A DNA stretch of 64,000 nt from an uncultured virus (IMG/VR IMGVR_UViG_3300027832_000007) (taxonomy: Duplodnaviria; Heunggongvirae; Uroviricota; Caudoviricetes): the IMG/VR virus record IMGVR_UViG_3300027832_000007, one strand, 5' to 3'. Positions 57,109 through 64,000 of the stretch are shown here, piece after piece. A program made the position numbers and the translations under genes. The notes under the pieces are model-generated. The model was given only the letters and a program-made list of their open reading frames with translations. It was not told where the DNA came from and did no database searches. Positions within the stretch are counted from its first letter, which is position 1. Every line of letters begins with the position of its first letter.

Positions 57109-57884
57109 TGGATAATAATAAACCAGTGTTCATAATTGCACACAAATATTTTAGAGGATATGATAGTTATGTTGAATATTACATAAACAACATTAGAGAG
57201 TTCTATGAGGATTCATTAATTATTGTTGTTGATAACAATTCAATATATAAAGACGATATTTTTAATAACTTAAAGAAATATGATAATGTCATATTACTAG
57301 ATAATAACATTGAGTGTAAATTTGAATTAGGTGCCTACCAAGTAGGTACTAAATATTTGATTGATAATGACTTATTAGATAAATACGCTTATGTTGTTAT
57401 GACGCAAGATAATTTTATTATTAAAAATAAATTAGATTTTAATCAATTATCTGAAGCTAACGTAAAAGCTTGCCCATTAAATGGATGTGACCAAAATGTT
57501 GATTCACCAGAATATTTTAACATACAACAAAGTTGTACTGATATTTCAATACCAGTGCTAGATAAAATAGGGTTAAACGATAATTGGGATAAAATTTCGT
57601 TTTGTTGGTGTAATAGCTTCATTTTATCAACAGATAAGTTATTACAGATGTATGGGTATATGCAACAAATAGTAATTAAAATTAGATGGGAAAGTTGTGC
57701 ATCTGAAAGATATTTAGCTAGATTACTTTGGGAATTAAATGATAAAGTAAATTATGATATTGATGGTGATATTAGAAACTTAAAAAATAAATACGACTGT
57801 TGGAATGTAGATTTAAATGTACCTCAAGTAACATTTTTCGTTAAAAAATTACAACAAAAAGATGAAAGGACCGTAGATAAATGA
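57108..57884 (+). CDS. Putative glycosyltransferase (GT-A-like)
   Basis: IIVVDNNS, FELGAY, TQD and SER. Confidence 0.55.
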   Translation: MDNNKPVFIIAHKYFRGYDSYVEYYINNIREFYEDSLIIVVDNNSIYKDDIFNNLKKYDNVILLDNNIECKFELGAYQVGTKYLIDNDLLDKYAYVVMTQDNFIIKNKLDFNQLSEANVKACPLNGCDQNVDSPEYFNIQQSCTDISIPVLDKIGLNDNWDKISFCWCNSFILSTDKLLQMYGYMQQIVIKIRWESCASERYLARLLWELNDKVNYDIDGDIRNLKNKYDCWNVDLNVPQVTFFVKKLQQKDERTVDK

Positions 57885-58777
57885 TAATTAAAAAAGTAAA
57901 TAAAGGTGTTATTTATTATAATAATGACGAATCAATACATATTAAAGATTATTATAATTATTGTGTTAATTTATTAATTAATTGGTTAACAGATAACGAT
58001 AAAGAAATAAATATAATATTTGGTGATTACAAAGTAGATTTTAATAATAATTTTGAGACGATAAAAATCGATATTCAAATTGAACATACATTAGTTAAAA
58101 GTGGTGGTAGAAGTGTTAACGATAAAATATATGGAACTACTAAAACTGATAATGGTGAAGTTTACTTAGTTAGAATAGATAAGTTTAATTATTATAATTC
58201 GCTAGATTATATATTTGAATATAGTTACCCTAATACTCACAATATAAAATCTTCTGGGTATTTTAATGAATTCTCCGATAAAATAATTAATATTACCCCA
58301 TCAATGTACTCACCTAATTTTGATAAAACTAATAAAATTGATTCAATAACTTTATTTAGTAGTAACTCTAGTCAAAGAAGAGATGATATAACAAAAGAAT
58401 TAAAAGAAAAAAACATTAATTGTATAAATATTGATAACTGTTTTTCATCAGATGATTTAATTAATCAATATAATAAGACTAAAATAATGTTAAATGTACA
58501 TCAAACTGAACATCATCATACTTTTGAGGAATTAAGGGTGTTACCAGCACTAAGTAACGGTGTTATTATAATAAGTGAAAATGTTCCATTAAAAGAACTA
58601 ATACCTTATAGTAACCATGTCGTGTGGTGTGAATATAGTGAATTATCCAACACGCTTAAATATGTTCAAGAAAATTATGAGGAATTTTATGAAAAACTAT
58701 TTAATAATGAATTAAAAGAATTATTATTAACCTTAAAAGAAACTAATAATAAAAAACTAAATATTCTAAATAAATGA
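57881..58777 (+). CDS. Putative GT-B-like glycosyltransferase
   Basis: KIMLNVH...FEELR...LSNGVIIISE. Confidence 0.6.
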   Translation: MIIKKVNKGVIYYNNDESIHIKDYYNYCVNLLINWLTDNDKEINIIFGDYKVDFNNNFETIKIDIQIEHTLVKSGGRSVNDKIYGTTKTDNGEVYLVRIDKFNYYNSLDYIFEYSYPNTHNIKSSGYFNEFSDKIINITPSMYSPNFDKTNKIDSITLFSSNSSQRRDDITKELKEKNINCINIDNCFSSDDLINQYNKTKIMLNVHQTEHHHTFEELRVLPALSNGVIIISENVPLKELIPYSNHVVWCEYSELSNTLKYVQENYEEFYEKLFNNELKELLLTLKETNNKKLNILNK

Positions 58778-60231
58778 AAGTTGCACTATTAATATCTGGA
58801 TACTTAAGAAGTTACGATATAAATCTTAAATATATTGAAGCCGAGATATTAAATAAATTTGACCATGTTGATGTTTTCCTACATATAACCAGTAATGAAA
58901 AAAATGAAGATAAGTATATAAATTCAGTTAGTGATGAAGAAGCTATTAATAGTTTTACTGCTGCTTTAAACCCATTAAGTACGATTATTGAAAGTAACAT
59001 ACACTACTATAATGATAGTAATCTTAACAGCCTAATAAATCAATGGCATAAACTTTTTAAATTAAATGATTTGAAAAAAAAACATGAAGAAATTAATGGT
59101 AAAAAATATGATTTGGTTATTAGATTTAGACCAGATTTAACCATCAACGGTAAGGGTGTATTTAGTGATTTAATTGAAGGGGTAATAACGATACCAAGTG
59201 ATAGTAAAATCGATAATTCTAAATTGCGTAACCCAAATGATTTACATATATGTGACGCTTTAGCTTTTGGTGATTCTACATCCATGGATAAATATTTTGG
59301 TATCTATGAGCACATATTAGATTTGGTTCACGAATATGGTTATGTCTCAGAAACAATACTATATTGGTATTTAAATAAAAATAAAATAAATTATAAAGTT
59401 GCTGATATTGATTACGGTTTCACATTATCTAAATGTAATGTATTTGCTATTGCTGGTGACTCTGGCTCTGGGAAAAGTACACTAGGTGAATTACTTAAGG
59501 GGGTTTTTACTAATTCTTTTATGTTAGAGTGTGATAGGTACCACAAATGGGAACGTGGTGATAAAAATTGGGATAATGTAACCCATTTAAACCCAAGTGC
59601 TAATTATATCACAAAAATGGTTGGTGATATATTTAATTTAAAATTAGGTAATGATATTTACCAAGTTGATTATAATCATCACAGTGGTAAATTTACTGAT
59701 AAACAAATTATTAATTCATCTGATAATATAATTGTTTGTGGTCTTCATAGTTTATATACTGATTCGATTTACGATTTAAAGATATTTATCGACACCGAAG
59801 AATCACTCAAAAAAAAATGGAAGATAAAACGTGACGTTAGAGACAGAGGATACTCAGTTCAAAAAGTGTTAGATAGTATTGCAAAACGTGAAAGCGATTT
59901 TAATGAATTTATTTTACCGCAAAAAGATAACGCAGACTTGATAATTAAATTTTTTACACTAGACAAAATTGACTTCAACGACTACAATAAACCAGAGCGT
60001 TTAAGTCTTGAGTTGACAATTAATAATAATTTTAACCTTACTGAAATATTAAGTAGATTAGATGAAATTGGGGTTGAATATTTCATTAAAAAGGATAATT
60101 ATTTTAATAAAATAATTTTTAATGAATATAATAACTTGGTTTTATTTAAAGATGATAAAATTCCAAGAACTAATACATTTTATGATTATATTATGTATGT
60201 TATTTTTAATTTAGTATTTACAAATAAATAA
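58774..60231 (+). CDS. Fusion of GT-like domain and phosphoribulokinase/uridine-kinase-family P-loop kinase
   Basis: N-terminal KVALLISG.LR...YDLVIRFRPDL...D.LAFG. C-terminal AIAGDSGSGKST, DRYH, ANY, YNH..G and KIKRDV.DRG. Confidence 0.8.
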   Translation: MKVALLISGYLRSYDINLKYIEAEILNKFDHVDVFLHITSNEKNEDKYINSVSDEEAINSFTAALNPLSTIIESNIHYYNDSNLNSLINQWHKLFKLNDLKKKHEEINGKKYDLVIRFRPDLTINGKGVFSDLIEGVITIPSDSKIDNSKLRNPNDLHICDALAFGDSTSMDKYFGIYEHILDLVHEYGYVSETILYWYLNKNKINYKVADIDYGFTLSKCNVFAIAGDSGSGKSTLGELLKGVFTNSFMLECDRYHKWERGDKNWDNVTHLNPSANYITKMVGDIFNLKLGNDIYQVDYNHHSGKFTDKQIINSSDNIIVCGLHSLYTDSIYDLKIFIDTEESLKKKWKIKRDVRDRGYSVQKVLDSIAKRESDFNEFILPQKDNADLIIKFFTLDKIDFNDYNKPERLSLELTINNNFNLTEILSRLDEIGVEYFIKKDNYFNKIIFNEYNNLVLFKDDKIPRTNTFYDYIMYVIFNLVFTNK

Positions 60232-60254
60232 ATATTTTTTATTTTTAAATAAAA

Positions 60255-60932
60255 ATGGATAAAATCTCATCAAATTTATTAAAATTAGCTTCAAATGTTT
60301 CGAAATATTGTGTTGGTATGGAGGGAAACATATCTGGACTTGATGAAGATGGGTCTATTCTAATAAAGGCTAGTGGTTCAAATCTGTCTAAATTAACCGA
60401 GAATGATTTAATACCATTTGATATAGATGGAAATCAAACGGGTAAAATGGATAAACGTGGTAGTATTGAATTAAGTTTTCATTTATTTCTTTTAGGGTTT
60501 GAGGATATAAATTATATCTCACACACACATCCTATTAGTAGTTTAAAAATTTTATGTGGTAATCAAATAACCAAACACTTATTTAGTACCCGTAGGTTAT
60601 TTCCAGACCAAGTAATCTTTAATGGTAAAGAATCTTGTTTGGTTCCATATTCAAAACCTGGTGAAGAATTAACCGATAAAATTAAAGAAAAAGTTAATGG
60701 TTTTATTAATAAAAATGGGTATTTCCCAAAATTAATATTATTAGAAAATCACGGTATAATTAGCTGCGGTAAAACAATTGAGGAATGTATAATAATTAAT
60801 GATATATGTGAAAAATCAGCAGATATTTTTAATGGTAATGAAATAAATAATTTAACTTTTTTAACAATTGAAAATATTAATGAGTTAATTATAGATAAAG
60901 GTGAAGAATATAGACAAAGTTTAGTAAAATGA
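60255..60932 (+). CDS. Class II aldolase/adducin-family protein (AraD/FucA-like)
   Basis: EGNIS, IKASG, SIELSFH, HTH and LLENHG Zn-ligand pattern. Confidence 0.85.
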   Translation: MDKISSNLLKLASNVSKYCVGMEGNISGLDEDGSILIKASGSNLSKLTENDLIPFDIDGNQTGKMDKRGSIELSFHLFLLGFEDINYISHTHPISSLKILCGNQITKHLFSTRRLFPDQVIFNGKESCLVPYSKPGEELTDKIKEKVNGFINKNGYFPKLILLENHGIISCGKTIEECIIINDICEKSADIFNGNEINNLTFLTIENINELIIDKGEEYRQSLVK

Positions 60933-61699
60933 AATCAACGGGTATAAGTTTAGGTTGGAACTGTTCAGCAGCACAAGACGGGTTAAGAATGGGGTTAAGA
61001 GGTGTAAAATCAGATGGTTATAAAACATGTCCATTTGATATGATGATAAGTAACTATTTTGGTATGTGTGAATGCATTAAAGATGATTTTAAATATTTTT
61101 GTGACCCTAAATACTTAGTGTTAAGGGATGCACCAGACATGTCAATGCATTTCCCAAATCAAAAGGATGGTGAGAAATGGATATATAATACTTATTATAA
61201 TTTTACGTTTAATCATGAATCACCATATCATGGAAATTTATATCTTAATGAACAATGGAGCAGCCCACACCATTTTGTTAATAACAATTATGAAAACTTT
61301 ATTAAAAGATATGAAGCTAGAATAAAGGCGTTTAGAGATTATATTAATTCTGGTGAGTTTATTAATTTTGTGTTATGGAGGTATAACGCAATTCCTAATG
61401 AGTTAGAAACAATAATTAAAGATAAATACCCTAATTTAAAATTTAATATCAATTCAATAATTGATTTTGGACCACACACACTTAATGCGTTGATAAAAAA
61501 CAACCCAGAAGCTGCAAAGTTACAAGAAATCGATTATTTAAAATATATGAATGTGACAAATTCAGAATATGATAGATATTATTCTGAAAATATAAATAAA
61601 TTTGATGAAACAAATAAAGATATTAAGGTTACTGATAATATAACGTTAATTGAACCAAAAAATAATAAATTTCTAAATGACCCGAATTATTTACGTTGA
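60929..61699 (+). CDS. DUF1796-like (putative papain-fold) protein
   Basis: ISLGWNC...PFD...F.H...RY.AR..AFR. Confidence 0.6.
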   Translation: MKSTGISLGWNCSAAQDGLRMGLRGVKSDGYKTCPFDMMISNYFGMCECIKDDFKYFCDPKYLVLRDAPDMSMHFPNQKDGEKWIYNTYYNFTFNHESPYHGNLYLNEQWSSPHHFVNNNYENFIKRYEARIKAFRDYINSGEFINFVLWRYNAIPNELETIIKDKYPNLKFNINSIIDFGPHTLNALIKNNPEAAKLQEIDYLKYMNVTNSEYDRYYSENINKFDETNKDIKVTDNITLIEPKNNKFLNDPNYLR

Positions 61700-61973
61700 T
61701 ATAGACGAAACAATATGTGAAACTCCTTCACCAAGGAATTACCATAACGCTAAACCATTAATTGAAAATATTGCAAAAATAAATAAATTATATGATGAAG
61801 GTAATACTATTGTTTATTGGACTGCTCGTGGGAGTCGAACACAAATTGATTGGTATAAACTAACTAAATTACAATTAGATGAATGGGGTGCTAAACATCA
61901 TGAATTAAACGTAAATAAACCATATTATGATTTATTTATAGACGATAAAACACTTAGAATTGAAGAAATTTAA
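61677..61973 (+). CDS. HAD-superfamily phosphatase (capsule biosynthesis type)
   Basis: YVDIDETIC, WTARG and KPYYDLFIDDK. Confidence 0.85.
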   Translation: MTRIIYVDIDETICETPSPRNYHNAKPLIENIAKINKLYDEGNTIVYWTARGSRTQIDWYKLTKLQLDEWGAKHHELNVNKPYYDLFIDDKTLRIEEI

Positions 61974-62157
61974 CAAAACTATATTATTACCACCAAATAT
62001 TTCTTTTGGAGATTCTATGTCTGTTATTGGGTTGGTTTATTATTTATTAGAATATTACGAGGCAGTATATTTTTATATCGACCCAACTATGAACCTAAAT
62101 TATGTTTGAACCATGATGAATACTCCAAAATTAAATAACTGGATTTTTAAATTTTAA
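61960..62157 (+). pseudogene. Probable internally deleted gene remnant
   Basis: TTG start overlapping the upstream gene: LKKFNKTILLPPNISFGDSMSVIGLVYYLLEYY...NYV*, then in the same frame TMMNTPKLNNWIFKF*. Confidence 0.35.
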
Positions 62158-62162
62158 ATATA

Positions 62163-62645
62163 ATGAAATTAATATCACACAGAGGAAATATTGTTGGGCC
62201 AAATCCAAGCCGTGAAAACAAACCATCTTACATTGATACAGCAATCTCAGCTGGTTTTGATGTGGAAGTAGACATCATATTCAATGATGGTAAATTCTAT
62301 CTCGGTCATGACACACCAGACTATGAGGTCACAGAAAAATGGATATCACTTAGAAAATATAAGTTATGGTTACACTGTAAAAATTTGGAAGCTGCAACTA
62401 GGTTGTGTGAATTAGGGGACTCCCACCAATTTTTCTGTCATTCTTCAGATTCTTATGTCTTATGTAGTAATGGTAAAACATGGGTTCATGATTTAAAACT
62501 TAATGTTTCTAAAACAACAACAATAATACCTCTTCTGAGTGATAACGATATCATTAACTATAATGGGGCTATACCATATGCTATATGTACTGATTACATA
62601 TCACTTGCTGAATATAGTTTAAAACAAAAAGGAATTTATAAATGA
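62163..62645 (+). CDS. Glycerophosphodiester phosphodiesterase-like protein
   Basis: ISHRG, EN, VEVD, LGHD, WLHCKN and ICTD. Confidence 0.8.
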   Translation: MKLISHRGNIVGPNPSRENKPSYIDTAISAGFDVEVDIIFNDGKFYLGHDTPDYEVTEKWISLRKYKLWLHCKNLEAATRLCELGDSHQFFCHSSDSYVLCSNGKTWVHDLKLNVSKTTTIIPLLSDNDIINYNGAIPYAICTDYISLAEYSLKQKGIYK

Positions 62646-64000
62646 ATAACAAACCACAATTAATAATACCAATGTCTGGAATCGGTAAAAGATTTATTGA
62701 TGCTGGGTATGATACACCAAAACCACTAATAGTTGTTGATGGGAAACCAATAATTGAACACGTCGTAAATCTTTTCGGGAGACCTAATGATGTTATATTC
62801 GTTTGTAATGAAATTCACCTTAAAGAAACAAATATGATTGATATACTTAAAAGAATATCACCTAATTGTAAAATTTATTCAGTTCCAAATGAAAATAGAT
62901 GTGGACCAGTAGATGCAATTTCACAAATATTTGATAAAATAAATGATGATAGAGAAGTAATTATTAGTTACTGTGATTACGGTACTGTTTGGGATTATGA
63001 ATTATTCATAACAGAAACTAGAAATTCTAAATCTTACGGTGCTATAGCATGTTACACTGGTTTTCACCCTCACATGTTAGGTTCTGACAATTATGCCTTT
63101 GTTAAAGTCGAAGGAAATGTAGCTTCCGATATTCAAGAGAAAAAACCATTCACTGATAATAAAATGAATGAACTTGCTTCTAACGGTACTTATTATTTTA
63201 AAAGCGGTAGTTTAGTTAAAAAGTATTTTAAATTATTAATAGATAACAAAATGGACCTTAACGGTGAATACTATGTTAGTCTAGTTTATAAATTATTATT
63301 AAAAGATAAACTTTTAGTAACAACCTTCTTAATTGATAAGATGTTACAATGGGGAACTCCGTATGATTTAGAAATATATAATGGCTGGTCTAGATATTTT
63401 ACAAATATAAAAACTAAACAAGTAAAGGTAAGTAATCCAAAAGGCACTACGTTAGTATTACCAATGGCTGGCAAGGGTAGTAGGTTTGAATCTGAAGGTT
63501 ATAATCTACCAAAACCGATGTTAAATGTTGACGGGAAACCAATGATAATCCAAGCGGTTAATTGTTTACCCTCATGTGATAATAACACCTTTATATGTTT
63601 AAATGACCACATAGAAAAATTTAAAATAGATGAGACGATAATTAAATCATTTCCTAATGCTAAAATAGTTAGTATTGATAAAACGACTGAAGGTCAAGCT
63701 TGCACTTGTGAAATTGGAATTGAATCTAATAATATAGATTTAGATAACCCAATATTAATATCTGCATGTGATAATGGCGTGTATTATGATTCAAAAAAAT
63801 ATTTAGAAATGGTAAATGATGAGAGTATAGATATCATAGTCTGGTCCTTTAGAAACAATCAAGCTAGTAAGACAAATCCGAATGCATATGCTTGGTTAAA
63901 TGTTGATAAAGATGGTTTTATTAAACACGTTTCATGTAAAAAGTTTATATATAACGACCCATTAACTACCCATGCAATAATTGGTACTATGTTTTTTAGA
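62642..64000 (+). CDS. Sugar-phosphate nucleotidyltransferase with two tandem NTP-transferase domains (partial)
   Basis: Not in the track. ATG 62642 (ATGA overlap) gives IIPMSGIGKRF...PKPLI, and a second in-frame VLPMAGKGSRF...PKPML occurs near 63455. Confidence 0.85.
   Translation, partial: MNNKPQLIIPMSGIGKRFIDAGYDTPKPLIVVDGKPIIEHVVNLFGRPNDVIFVCNEIHLKETNMIDILKRISPNCKIYSVPNENRCGPVDAISQIFDKINDDREVIISYCDYGTVWDYELFITETRNSKSYGAIACYTGFHPHMLGSDNYAFVKVEGNVASDIQEKKPFTDNKMNELASNGTYYFKSGSLVKKYFKLLIDNKMDLNGEYYVSLVYKLLLKDKLLVTTFLIDKMLQWGTPYDLEIYNGWSRYFTNIKTKQVKVSNPKGTTLVLPMAGKGSRFESEGYNLPKPMLNVDGKPMIIQAVNCLPSCDNNTFICLNDHIEKFKIDETIIKSFPNAKIVSIDKTTEGQACTCEIGIESNNIDLDNPILISACDNGVYYDSKKYLEMVNDESIDIIVWSFRNNQASKTNPNAYAWLNVDKDGFIKHVSCKKFIYNDPLTTHAIIGTMFFR

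Noticed and set aside
59440..60231. Calvin-cycle auxiliary phosphoribulokinase
   Set aside because: The domain is fused to a GT-like region inside a glycan operon, and no carbon-fixation context or autotroph-host signals are present.
410..63474. Short antisense or nested ORFs in the track (e.g. 410-697, 3096-3371, 11563-11946, 21046-21702, 46275-46682, 54067-54501, 63286-63474)
   Set aside because: They are shadows of longer, motif-bearing genes on the opposite strand or in another frame, with no independent signals.
1..64000. Stop-codon reassignment, tRNA or rRNA genes
   Set aside because: Long genes are intact in the standard code, with TAG and TGA used as real stops. No tRNA- or rRNA-like sequence was recognised by eye.

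Overview
64 kb AT-rich segment of a large contractile-tailed (myovirus/jumbo-type) phage genome in the standard genetic code. TAnnTTTG promoter boxes and SD-less A-rich leaders point to a Bacteroidota host. Positions 1-43.4 kb are mostly minus-strand virion genes: tape measure, gp26-like tail/baseplate chaperone, tube, sheath, Thr/Gly-rich repeat fibres, gp13/14/15-like neck and tail-completion proteins, and YadA-repeat/S74 fibres. They are interleaved with an SNF2 helicase and a family B DNA polymerase, each carrying a LAGLIDADG intein. Positions 43.4-45.9 kb hold small late genes, including a WYL-like protein. Positions 46-64 kb are a dense glycosyltransferase/sugar-nucleotide island. Main unusual points: (1) a Vsr-type nuclease/Mom-like GNAT gene bounded by a 41-bp perfect direct repeat of the sheath gene 3' end, so the nuclease ends in the sheath's own C-terminal 11 residues; (2) a second such nuclease and a decayed third around the tube gene; (3) promoter-leader-payload-terminator cassettes with shared N-terminal leaders; (4) a candidate +1/-2 frameshift at the chaperone end; (5) a T11 tract breaking the gp14-like gene; (6) an ATATTTAT motif upstream of late genes; (7) a candidate origin. 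All functional calls come from motif recognition by eye; no database search was run.
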